DNA of 61,734 nt, filler included. It is 8 parts of 8 records of this genome, joined end to end, with 100 filler letters (N's around TTAATTAATTAA, not from the genome) between each part and the next. Parts side by side here need not be neighbours in the genome. Positions count along the whole stretch, not along the records: positions 25,228 to 30,831 come from SRR20825010_5333; positions 30,932 to 37,617 come from SRR20825010_5334; 6 more parts are not named here. One strand, given 5' to 3'. Made by a program: the position numbers and the translations under genes. Under the pieces are notes generated by a model. It was not told the origin of the DNA. It saw only the letters and a list, made by a program, of their open reading frames with translations, and ran no database searches. This document shows positions 25,228 to 34,196 of the stretch, one piece after another (the first letter of the stretch is position 1; the number at the start of each line of letters is the position of its first letter).

Positions 25228-26307
25228 CACTGCTGAGGAGGCATCTTTGACTGGGATTCAGCCCAAAAGCGCCTCGACGAACTGAACGCGAAGGCCGAAG
25301 ACCCCGATCTCTGGAACGATCCTGCCAATGCGCAAGCCTTGATGCGTGAGCGCACGCGTCTGGAAGAGTCGATCAACGCCTATCTGCGCCTCGAAGCCGC
25401 CCTCAACGACAATCTCGAATTGATCGAAATGGGTGAAGCCGAAGGCGACGAAGGCATTGTCACCGAGGCCGAAGCCGCGTTGAAAGACGCGCGCGAGGAA
25501 GCTCGCAAAGCCGAGATCGAAACATTGCTCGCCGGCGAAGCCGACAGCAATGATTGCTACGTCGAAGTCCATTCCGGTGCCGGCGGTACCGAGAGTCAGG
25601 ACTGGGCGTCCATGCTGCTGCGCATGTACACGCGCTGGGCCGAACGCAAGGGCTACAAGGTTGAGCTGATGGAGCGCCATGACGGCGAAGAGGCAGGCAT
25701 CAAGTCGGCCACCATCATGGTCAAAGGTCATAACGGCTTCGGCTGGATGAAAACCGAAAGCGGCGTGCATCGCCTTGTGCGCATCTCGCCCTATGACAGC
25801 AACGCGCGTCGCCACACGTCTTTCTCGTCGGTCTGGGTCTATCCCGTTGTCGATGACACGATCGACATTCAGGTTGCCGAAAGCGAATGCCGCATCGACA
25901 CCTACCGCGCCTCGGGTGCCGGTGGCCAGCACGTCAACACCACAGACAGTGCCGTGCGTATCACGCATGAGCCGACAGGCATCGTCGTGTCTTGCCAGAA
26001 CGAACGCTCCCAGCACAAGAACCGCGCCACCGCGTGGAACATGCTGCGCGCGCGTCTCTATGAACTGGAACTGGAAAAGCGCGAAGCCGTCGCCAATGCC
26101 GAAGCCGCCACCAAATCCGAAATCGGCTGGGGCCATCAGATCCGTTCCTATGTGTTGCAGCCCTACCAGATGGTCAAAGACCTGCGCACCGGCGTTGTCA
26201 GCCCGTCACCCGACGAAGTGCTGGACGGCGACCTCGATGACTTCATGGCCGCAGCCCTTGCCGCCCGCGTAAAGGGTGGCGTGGAAGCGGTTGAGGATAT
26301 CGACTAG
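25228..26307 (+). CDS. prfB: Peptide chain release factor 2 (5' truncated, +1 programmed frameshift)
   Basis: [37 protein letters not shown]. The main frame begins at GAC 25249 after CTT-TGA. Confidence 0.96.
25236..25251 (+). promoter_or_regulatory. RF2 autoregulatory +1 frameshift site
   Basis: AGGAGG-CAT-CTT-TGA-C: internal Shine-Dalgarno, 3-nt spacer, slippery Leu codon, UGA-C. Confidence 0.95.
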
Positions 26308-26347
26308 CGGGCAGGGCGGTTCTTCGTCCGGCCTTTTATTGCTTCAC

Positions 26348-26929
26348 TTACGGTTTCACAAACAGCCGCTGCGCGGCATCCTGCAGATGCTGCGTGTATT
26401 TGCGTTGTGACCATTTGCGCTCGACGCAGAGATGCTCCCAATTCCTGACCGAGAGCATCGTCCACAACACATCGCTCGCTTCTTTTACCGAATAGGTAGG
26501 TTCGAGCTTGCCATCAGCCTTGAGTGCCTTCATGGCCGCTTCGCACCCCTCCCACATGTCCTGCATGCGCGTTTGCCATGCAGTCTTGGCATCGTCGTCT
26601 TGCATGGCCATCAACGCCCGCGCAACGCCATAGATTTCCGGAATATAGGCCGCCCAGGCTGAGATATAGGCTTCCAGCCGCTCGACGCCCGATTGCGCGG
26701 CGCGGCTAGGCGCCAGTCTTTCATTGCTGGCTTTCAGCTCGTCCACATGTTGCGTCACCGCGATCAGCAGATCAGCCCGCGTGCCGAAATAGAGATAGAG
26801 CGTCTGGCGCGTGACGCCGGCCTCCTTTGCAATATCGCTCAGGCGAACTTCGCCGCCGTCGGACGCTTCAAGGCGTTTCAGGGCGGCATTCAGAATACGG
26901 AGGCGTGTAGCAGGGATTTGATTTGACAT
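26348..26929 (-). CDS. TetR/AcrR family transcriptional regulator
   Basis: TRLRILNAA...LSDIAKEAGVTRQTLYLYFGTRADL HTH. Confidence 0.92.
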   Translation of the reverse strand: MSNQIPATRLRILNAALKRLEASDGGEVRLSDIAKEAGVTRQTLYLYFGTRADLLIAVTQHVDELKASNERLAPSRAAQSGVERLEAYISAWAAYIPEIYGVARALMAMQDDDAKTAWQTRMQDMWEGCEAAMKALKADGKLEPTYSVKEASDVLWTMLSVRNWEHLCVERKWSQRKYTQHLQDAAQRLFVKP

Positions 26930-26979
26930 GACGTAAAATAGATGCGAATTAGCATCGCTGTCAATTTACACCGTGTAAA
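26923..26979. promoter_or_regulatory. Divergent promoter region with two putative TetR operators
   Basis: Perfect palindrome TTTACACCGTGTAAA (26965-26979) and related TTGACATGACGTAAA (26923-26937). TTGACA hexamers on both strands. Confidence 0.7.
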
Positions 26980-26994
26980 ATGAAAGGTGCTCCC

Positions 26995-27498
26995 ATGTCA
27001 CTATTGCTCGTCCTCACGGCATTCTCTGTCATCGCCTCTGCGCTGGTTTCCGGCGTCTTCCTGACATTTTCCGATTTCGTCATGCGCTCACTCGACGCCA
27101 CGCAGCGTCAGGGCGGTGTTGAAGCCATGCAGATCATCAACCGCAAAGTCTTTCGCACGCTTTTCATGGTGTTGCTGATGGGCATGTCGTTTCTTTCGCT
27201 CGTGCTTGTCTGGTTCGCATGGCCGCAGGCGGGCGGGGCGCTTGCGGGTCCACACCGGTCATTCGTCCTTTCCGGCGGCATGATCTATTTGGTTCTGGTC
27301 TTTGCCGTCACAGTGTTCGGCAATGTGCCTTTGAACACGAAGCTCGACCGGCTTTCACACACCAGCGCCGACACGGCAGCCTTCTGGTCGGCCACCTTTT
27401 ATCCCCGCTGGACCATGTTCAATCACATTCGCACATTCGGCGCAGGCGCGGCCTCGGTTTGCTTTCTTCTTGCCTGTCTGGTGCCTGCCACCGCCTAG
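26995..27498 (+). CDS. DUF1772 / anthrone oxygenase-like membrane protein
   Basis: GVFLTFSDFVM, AMQIINR, TVFGNVPLN, WTMFNHIRT. AAAGG RBS before ATG 26995. Confidence 0.85.
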   Translation: MSLLLVLTAFSVIASALVSGVFLTFSDFVMRSLDATQRQGGVEAMQIINRKVFRTLFMVLLMGMSFLSLVLVWFAWPQAGGALAGPHRSFVLSGGMIYLVLVFAVTVFGNVPLNTKLDRLSHTSADTAAFWSATFYPRWTMFNHIRTFGAGAASVCFLLACLVPATA

Positions 27499-27528
27499 CG
27501 CAAACCTAGTGATGAAGGAAAATTTTCA

Positions 27529-27939
27529 ATGGAAAAACTGTTTCCGGTCCGCCTGGTTCTAACCTTGTCTGGATTGATCGGCATGACTGTCGGTGCGGGC
27601 ATGTTGTTTGTCCCTGTCGCCTTTCACGCCAGCGCGGGCATTTTGCTGGATGGCAGCATCAATCTGACCAACGAGATGCGCGCCGCCGGTGGGCCACTTC
27701 TCGCTGGTGGTGTGATGGTCATCCTCGGCGCATTTTTCAGGCCCCTCAGGTTCACCGCCGCCGTCATCGCCACTTTGCTCTATCTGTCCTACGGCGCTTC
27801 TCGCTTGGTCGCCATGGCGATGGATGGCATGCCCGCGCAGGCCATTGTCGCAATAACGGTTTTAGAGTTGGCGGTGGGGCTGCTCTGTGCCATCGCCCTT
27901 GTCCTTCATCTTCGCGCGCCCGATCACGTGCAGATGTGA
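27529..27939 (+). CDS. DUF4345-like small membrane protein
   Basis: Four hydrophobic segments, NEMRAAGG, SRLVAMAMDGMP. Confidence 0.7.
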   Translation: MEKLFPVRLVLTLSGLIGMTVGAGMLFVPVAFHASAGILLDGSINLTNEMRAAGGPLLAGGVMVILGAFFRPLRFTAAVIATLLYLSYGASRLVAMAMDGMPAQAIVAITVLELAVGLLCAIALVLHLRAPDHVQM

Positions 27940-27960
27940 GCGAGAGAGAAAAGTGGCAAC

Positions 27961-27999
27961 AAAAAAGCTCCGGTGAAGGCAATCTCACCGGAGCTTCTT
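27961..27999. terminator. Bidirectional intrinsic terminator
   Basis: AAAAAAGCTCCGGTGA-loop-TCACCGGAGCTTCTT between convergent genes. Confidence 0.82.
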
Positions 28000-28031
28000 A
28001 ATGTCGGCACCTCGACTGGAGGCGATAAATC

Positions 28032-28613
28032 TTACTGGGCGGCGGGGCGCTTCACAACGACACCGGCGTCACCAACCACAACCGGGCTGCTGCCATTGGC
28101 TTCGCTCGGGCGCGATGCAGCAGGACGCGGGGCCGACGAAATCGGCGAGGGCGAAACGGCAGGGCGGGCTGGAGCTGTCTTGGGCGCGCTGGCCTGACCG
28201 ATCGGATCGTCAGAATGGCGGCAATTGCCTTCAAAGAAGGCACCGGTTTCAACTGCCAGTGCTTCATGCAGGATGTCGCCTTCGACATGGCAGGTCGAGG
28301 CAAGCTGCACGCGGCGGCCGCGGATTGTGCCAATGACGCGGCCACGAATGACAATATCTTCTGCCACCACTTCGCCGTTCACAGATGCTTTTTCGCCGAT
28401 GGTGAGCGACTGGCTGCGAATATCGCCTTCGACCGTGCCGTCAACCTGGATATCGCCGGTGGCAACCAGATTGCCGTGAACCACGAGATCGTTGGAAATA
28501 ATAGACGGCGCAACGCGCACGCCAGAGCGTTTGCTGTTATTGGCAACAGGCGCGGCTGCTGGCGCCTGAATCACAGCATGGTCGGTGTCTTTATCTTTGT
28601 TTCGCGAAAACAT
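28032..28613 (-). CDS. Bactofilin (polymer-forming cytoskeletal protein)
   Basis: PSIISNDL...IQVDGTVEGDI...LTIGEKASVNGEV...LAVETGAFFEG beta-helix. Start set to MFSRNK at 28613. Confidence 0.92.
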   Translation of the reverse strand: MFSRNKDKDTDHAVIQAPAAAPVANNSKRSGVRVAPSIISNDLVVHGNLVATGDIQVDGTVEGDIRSQSLTIGEKASVNGEVVAEDIVIRGRVIGTIRGRRVQLASTCHVEGDILHEALAVETGAFFEGNCRHSDDPIGQASAPKTAPARPAVSPSPISSAPRPAASRPSEANGSSPVVVGDAGVVVKRPAAQ

Positions 28614-29979
28614 AATGCCCTGCCTCGATGAACTTGGTGGGGTCGCGGACGATACCGTCGAACCAGACCTCATAGTGAAGATGGGGACCGCTGCTGCGTC
28701 CCGTAGAACCAACGCGGCCAATCACGTCTCTAAATGCAACTTTCTGGCCAACCTTGACGTTAATGGCGCTCAGGTGCCCGTAACGGTTTTTGAAGCCGTT
28801 CCCGAGATCCACCTCGATGAGCTTGCCATAGGCGCCGCGCCAGCCCGCAAAAGTCACGGTCCCTGCGGCAGTAGAATAGACTTTGGACCCATAGGCCGTT
28901 GCCATGTCCTCGCCCGCATGAAAGGCCATGCGCCCGTTAAAAGGGTCGCGGCGCGGGCCGAAGCCGCTGGACTGGTGATAAGAGAGCAGAGGCTCGGCAA
29001 GAGGCATTTTCGTAATGGTTGTCTCGAGTTCTGCCATAGTGTTGATGTTCTGGCTCACACGTGAAAGCTGCTTGCTGAAGGCAGTCTCGTTTTTTGCGCC
29101 TGCCAGCACTTCGCTGTCGGCCAGTCCCAGAAAGGGGCCGCCCTCGGCCATATCGCCTTCTCTGTCGCCGGTATTATCGCGCACGAGAGTGCCCACATCG
29201 GCCACCTCGGTCATGTCAATTATTGATGTCAGTTCGCGGATACGGCGGTCGGTTGTCTCGTCGATGGAGTTGATCAGGCTTTGCTGGGCGCGGTCCAGAT
29301 TGGTCAATTTTGTATCAATCAGGGACACTGTGCCGAATTGGTCTGAGGCAGCGCCGAAATTGGCCATGTCCAGTCCGCCGCTCTCGCTACCGTCGATCAC
29401 ATAGGTCTCGGCATCTGCCAGTCGCTGTGGACGGGTAGTCGTCTGGGCAATATTCACACCCTCAGAATCCTGATCCACAGACATCAGCAGTGTGTTGCCC
29501 TGTGTCTTGGCCTGCGAACTGCTCATTGTAGCGGCATAGCGCTGGCGCATCTGATCCAGTTCTGTGCTGGCCGAGCGGCGCTGGCCCAACAGGGCCGAAA
29601 GCTGACGGTGCTTGTCTTCCAGTTCACGGGTCGAGGCCAGAAAGCGTTCCTGCGAAATCACAAGCTGGCCATTCAACTCGTCGTAAGCCGATTGCAGTTG
29701 GGCAACGCGCTCCTCATAGGCGCTCTGCATCCTGCTGTAACGCTGGTCTTTCGAAGCGATAATCTGTTCTTTGAATACAACGTTTACGGAGGAAAAGGCG
29801 ATCCAGCCGAAAAACATCACTGCTATGCCAAGAAAGATTGCTTGGGTGGCAGGAGACAGTGAAATGAACTGAACCTGTCCGTGGCTACGCAGATAGATTT
29901 GGCGTTCGACATAATGATGTCGAACGAAACGACGAAATGCGTTGCCAAAATCGGATCCGCGATGGTGCACGCCCCTCAT
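28591..29979 (-). CDS. Membrane-anchored M23 endopeptidase (LmdC-like)
   Basis: N-terminal ERQIYLRS, one TM helix, coiled coil, M23 motifs HAGED, RYGHLS, STGRSSGPHLHYE. Confidence 0.9.
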   Translation of the reverse strand: MRGVHHRGSDFGNAFRRFVRHHYVERQIYLRSHGQVQFISLSPATQAIFLGIAVMFFGWIAFSSVNVVFKEQIIASKDQRYSRMQSAYEERVAQLQSAYDELNGQLVISQERFLASTRELEDKHRQLSALLGQRRSASTELDQMRQRYAATMSSSQAKTQGNTLLMSVDQDSEGVNIAQTTTRPQRLADAETYVIDGSESGGLDMANFGAASDQFGTVSLIDTKLTNLDRAQQSLINSIDETTDRRIRELTSIIDMTEVADVGTLVRDNTGDREGDMAEGGPFLGLADSEVLAGAKNETAFSKQLSRVSQNINTMAELETTITKMPLAEPLLSYHQSSGFGPRRDPFNGRMAFHAGEDMATAYGSKVYSTAAGTVTFAGWRGAYGKLIEVDLGNGFKNRYGHLSAINVKVGQKVAFRDVIGRVGSTGRSSGPHLHYEVWFDGIVRDPTKFIEAGHYVFAKQR

Positions 29980-30038
29980 GCGCCATGTCCTTCTTATTTC
30001 TGCGTCAATAGTGGTGTGGATTGATTTTTAGGCACACT

Positions 30039-30079
30039 GGTTAAGATTTAATGTGCATGGTTAACTAACCCTTTAAACC
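30039..30079 (-). promoter_or_regulatory. Possible CtrA-binding region upstream of the M23-bactofilin operon
   Basis: Minus strand TAAA-N7-TTAACC (30075-30059), one mismatch to TTAA-N7-TTAAC, plus a second TTAACC half-site at 30044-30039. Confidence 0.45.
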
Positions 30080-30266
30080 ACCTCATAACAGACGAAAACA
30101 ACAATACTTATTCTATAGCGGCCCCCGCCACTGTGCCATTTAGTGTCACTCATAAGGGGCTGTTTGAAAAGCCTTTTCACATTTTGCGCCAGTCAAACCG
30201 CTATAAAAATCGAGGTGACCAGGCGGTTCTGCGCGTAATGCGGAGAGTCTGCCTGCCTTGCAATGG

Positions 30267-30831
30267 TTAACGCGTCGAGAGTGGCAAATAGAAATCCGGC
30301 AGCAGTCCCGCCACGTCGCGAGCCTCGGTATTGAAGGGCTGTTTCAGCACGCCGCGAAAATGTTTGCGCACCATTTCGTGAAAGGTCGTCTCGCCATCTA
30401 GCCCGCGCTTTTCGCACAGATAGGTGAACCAGCGCGTGCCGGCCCCTACATGTTGCTTTTCTTCTTCATAAATCATGCGCAGCACACCGGCGCTGTCATG
30501 GTCACCCGCGCCTATGAGCTTCTCGATCATGCCCGGCGTCACGTCCAGCCCACGTGCTTCCAGCACCATCGGCACAACGGCCAGACGGGCGATTAGGTCA
30601 TGGCGGGTTTCCTCCGCCGCCTCCCATAATCCGTTATGGGCGGGCAGGTCGCCATATGTGCCCTCCATCGACTCCAAACGGGTTTGCAGAGCCAGAAAAT
30701 GTTTGGCTTCCTCATCACCCACCTTGATCCAGTCATCATAAAAGGCGCGCGGCATCTCCGCGCCAGCCCAGCGACCAGCCATGTCGAAAGCCAGATCGAT
30801 TGCATTAAGTTCGATATGGGCCAGTGCATGC
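30267..30831 (-). CDS. DUF455 ferritin-like protein (5' truncated)
   Basis: HALAHIELNAIDLAFD, DEEAKHF, AHNGLW, VLEARGLDVTP, EEKQHVGAG. Confidence 0.88.
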
Positions 30832-30931
30832 NNNNNNNNNNNNNNNNNNNNNNNNNNNNNNNNNNNNNNNNNNNNTTAATTAATTAANNNNNNNNNNNNN
30901 NNNNNNNNNNNNNNNNNNNNNNNNNNNNNNN
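30832..30931. other. Artificial contig spacer
   Basis: N44-TTAATTAATTAA-N44. Confidence 0.98.
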
Positions 30932-31636
30932 GACCTGGACAGCGTACAGGGCCAGAAAATTGTTCGCGGTTTGATCGACGCAGAATTCGTGGTGCAAGCC
31001 AGTGCATTTGTGGGCAATGCCAAGCAGTATGCTGATGTGTTGTTGCCAATTGCACCCGGCACTGAAACGTCCGGTACCTTCATTAACATTGCGGGCATGG
31101 CACAAACGTTCAAGGCAGCGGTACGCCCCTTGGGCGAAACGCGCCCCGGTTGGAAAGTGCTGCGTGTACTGGGCAACTTGTTGGGGCTCGATGGTTTCGA
31201 ATTCAACAGTTCTGAAGAAGTATTGAAGGCATTCTTGCCAGCTGATCTGGCTGCGCTGCTGAGCAACGCGATTCCCGAACAAACGGTGGCGGGTGTGGCT
31301 TTGAATGGCAAGCTTGAGTTGGCCGCTTTTGCGCCAATTTATGACACCGATTCACTGGTTCGCCGCGCTGATTCACTGCGCAAAACCAAGGCGGCCAAGC
31401 CAGCTTTGGCACAGATCGGTGTGCAAACTGCCGAAGCGCTGGGATTGAAATCAGGCGATCAAATTCAATTGACAGACTCCGAGGGCGGCACCTTGCAAGC
31501 CGCAGTACTTGTGAACAAAACCATTGCCGAAAATACCGTGTTGGTTCCCATGGGCCGCACTGAAACCCAATGCCTGCGCACCGTGTTTGGTGGCGCCACT
31601 GTTGAAGCAGTTGTCGCCAGCGAGGTGCAGGCATGA
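30932..31636 (+). CDS. nuoG: NADH-quinone oxidoreductase subunit G, C-terminal fragment
   Basis: [41 protein letters not shown]. Precedes nuoH. Confidence 0.9.
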   Translation, partial: DLDSVQGQKIVRGLIDAEFVVQASAFVGNAKQYADVLLPIAPGTETSGTFINIAGMAQTFKAAVRPLGETRPGWKVLRVLGNLLGLDGFEFNSSEEVLKAFLPADLAALLSNAIPEQTVAGVALNGKLELAAFAPIYDTDSLVRRADSLRKTKAAKPALAQIGVQTAEALGLKSGDQIQLTDSEGGTLQAAVLVNKTIAENTVLVPMGRTETQCLRTVFGGATVEAVVASEVQA

Positions 31637-32700
31637 GTTCACCGGTTGAAATGATCACTACCCTGGGTGCTGACTTGTTGGGCCCAGCCTGGTTGCCCGT
31701 GTGGACTTTGCTCAAGATTTTGTGCATCACCTTGCCGCTGTTGGGCCTGGTTGCATACCTTACTTATTGGGAACGTAAAATGATTGGCCGCATGCACATT
31801 CGCATGGGCCCTAGTTACGTTGGCCCCATGGGTTTGCTGCAGCCAATTGCGGATGCGGTCAAGATGATGTTCAAGGAAATCATCGTGCCGATGAACGCCA
31901 ACAAGGGTTTGTTCATCATTGCGCCGATCATGACCATCATGCCCGCCCTGGCGGCATGGGCTGTTATTCCATTCGGCCCCGAAACCGTGTTGGCCGATGT
32001 GAATGCGGGTTTGCTGTACTTGATGGCGATCACCTCGCTTGAGGTGTATGGCGTGATCATCGCGGGTTGGGCATCGAACTCCAAGTATGCTTTCCTGGCT
32101 GCCATGCGCGCTTCGGCTCAAATGGTGTCCTATGAATTGGCCATTGGTTTTGTGCTGGTCACCGTGTTGTTGGTGGCAGGTAGCTTGAACATGACCGACA
32201 TTGTGATGACACAAACCACAGGTCAGTTTGCCGACATGGGTTTGAATTTCCTGTCCTGGAACTGGTTGCCGCTGTTGCCTTTGCTGGTGATCTACATGAT
32301 CTCTGCAGTGGCCGAAACCAACCGTCATCCATTCGATGTGGTGGAAGGTGAGTCTGAAATTGTGGCCGGCCACATGGTTGAATATTCCGGCATGACCTTT
32401 GCCGTGTTCTTCCTTGCCGAATACGCCAACATGATCTTGCTGTCCTGTTTGGCCGCAATCATGTTCTTCGGTGGCTGGGATGCACCGGTTGCCTTCCTTG
32501 GCTTCATACCGGGCTGGATCTGGCTGGGTTTGAAAACCTTCTTGCTGGTGTCCATGTTCATCTGGTTCCGTGCATCATTCCCGCGTTATCGCTATGACCA
32601 AATCATGCGTCTGGGCTGGAAGGTATTCATTCCGCTGACTTTGGTGTGGCTGGTGGTGGTTGCTGCCTGGATGCAGACCCCCTGGAACATCTGGAATTAA
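31633..32700 (+). CDS. nuoH: NADH-quinone oxidoreductase subunit H
   Basis: [36 protein letters not shown]. Confidence 0.97.
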   Translation: MSSPVEMITTLGADLLGPAWLPVWTLLKILCITLPLLGLVAYLTYWERKMIGRMHIRMGPSYVGPMGLLQPIADAVKMMFKEIIVPMNANKGLFIIAPIMTIMPALAAWAVIPFGPETVLADVNAGLLYLMAITSLEVYGVIIAGWASNSKYAFLAAMRASAQMVSYELAIGFVLVTVLLVAGSLNMTDIVMTQTTGQFADMGLNFLSWNWLPLLPLLVIYMISAVAETNRHPFDVVEGESEIVAGHMVEYSGMTFAVFFLAEYANMILLSCLAAIMFFGGWDAPVAFLGFIPGWIWLGLKTFLLVSMFIWFRASFPRYRYDQIMRLGWKVFIPLTLVWLVVVAAWMQTPWNIWN

Positions 32701-32713
32701 TTGAGAGCGAACC

Positions 32714-33205
32714 ATGTTTCAAGTTGTTAAAGAGTTTTTGAACAGTTTGTTGTTGCGCGAAATGCTCAAGGGCATGGCGTTGACCATGGGCTATATGTTC
32801 ACACAGCCCATTACTGTGCTGTACCCCATGGAAAAAACACCGATGTCGCCACGTTTTCGCGGCCTTCACGCACTGCGCCGCTATGAAAACGGCGAAGAAC
32901 GCTGCATCGCCTGCAAACTGTGCGAAGCGGTGTGTCCGGCATTGGCCATTACCATTGAGTCCGAGCAACGCGAGGACGGCACTCGCCGTACCACCCGCTA
33001 CGACATCGATTTGACCAAGTGTATTTTCTGCGGCTTCTGTGAAGAATCCTGCCCTGTTGATTCGATTGTTGAAACCCACATTCACGAATATCACGGCGAG
33101 AAGCGTGGTGATTTGTATTTCACCAAGGAAATGCTGCTGGCTGTGGGTGACCGTTACGAGGCTGAAATTGCAGCCAACCGCGAAGCCGATGCGGCCTACC
33201 GTTAA
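32714..33205 (+). CDS. nuoI: NADH-quinone oxidoreductase subunit I
   Basis: Two 4Fe-4S motifs, [12 protein letters not shown] and [12 protein letters not shown]. Confidence 0.97.
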   Translation: MFQVVKEFLNSLLLREMLKGMALTMGYMFTQPITVLYPMEKTPMSPRFRGLHALRRYENGEERCIACKLCEAVCPALAITIESEQREDGTRRTTRYDIDLTKCIFCGFCEESCPVDSIVETHIHEYHGEKRGDLYFTKEMLLAVGDRYEAEIAANREADAAYR

Positions 33206-33235
33206 ACCGATACAAAACTTAGAAGACTTGATGCA

Positions 33236-33868
33236 ATGGATGCAATAACCGGTTTCTTTTATGTATTCGCCGCCATATTGGTGTTTGCCGCGCTGCGCGT
33301 GATCACTGCCAGCAACGCTGTGCATGCGGCCCTGTACCTGGTGCTTTCTTTCTTTTCTGCCGCGGCCTTGTGGATGTTGCTGGAAGCAGAGTTCCTGGCG
33401 ATTTCACTGGTGCTGGTTTACGTGGGCGCGGTGATGGTGTTGTTCCTGTTCGTCGTGATGATGGTAGACGTGAACATGGACAAGGTACGTGCTGGTTTCT
33501 GGAAGAATCTGCCTGTGGCCGCAATTGTCGGCTCCTTGATTGCTTTTCAGATGTCGGTGGTGTTGCTGCGCGGTTTTTGGGATCCGAATCTGGAAACGCC
33601 TGAACAGGCTGCCAACAACACGCAGGCACTGGGCAAGTTGCTGTACACCGAGTATTTGTATCCGTTTGAAGTGGCGGCCTTGATTTTGCTGGTCGCGATG
33701 GTTGCTGCAATTGCCCTGACCCTGCGCAAGCGCAAGGACACGAAAGGGCAGGTGCCTTCTGACCAGGTCCGCGTGAAGTCAACTGACCGCGTGAAGCTGG
33801 TCAGCATGCCTGCAGAACTTGACCGCAAACAAACCAAGAGCGACACCAACAGCGGTCGCCAGGCCTAA
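33236..33868 (+). CDS. nuoJ: NADH-quinone oxidoreductase subunit J
   Basis: VYVGAVMVLFLFVVMM, YPFEVAALILLVA. Confidence 0.95.
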   Translation: MDAITGFFYVFAAILVFAALRVITASNAVHAALYLVLSFFSAAALWMLLEAEFLAISLVLVYVGAVMVLFLFVVMMVDVNMDKVRAGFWKNLPVAAIVGSLIAFQMSVVLLRGFWDPNLETPEQAANNTQALGKLLYTEYLYPFEVAALILLVAMVAAIALTLRKRKDTKGQVPSDQVRVKSTDRVKLVSMPAELDRKQTKSDTNSGRQA

Positions 33869-33884
33869 CCGGGAATAAACAACA

Positions 33885-34190
33885 ATGATTTCACTGTCTC
33901 ATTACCTCGTGCTGGGCGCGATTTTGTTCTCAATCAGCGTGATCGGGATTTTTCTGAACCGCAAGAACCTGATCGTGATCCTGATGGCCATTGAATTGAT
34001 GCTGCTGGCCGTGAACATGAACTTCGTCGCGTTTTCCCACTTCCTGGGCGACTTGTCCGGGCAGTTGTTCGTTTTCTTCATTCTCACAGTGGCTGCTGCA
34101 GAGTCTGCAATAGGTTTGGCAATTTTGGTGGTCCTTTTCCGTAACATGAATTCAATCAATGTCGAAGACCTCGACCAACTGAAGGGGTAA
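33885..34190 (+). CDS. nuoK: NADH-quinone oxidoreductase subunit K
   Basis: [23 protein letters not shown]. Confidence 0.96.
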   Translation: MISLSHYLVLGAILFSISVIGIFLNRKNLIVILMAIELMLLAVNMNFVAFSHFLGDLSGQLFVFFILTVAAAESAIGLAILVVLFRNMNSINVEDLDQLKG

Positions 34191-34196
34191 GCGCGA

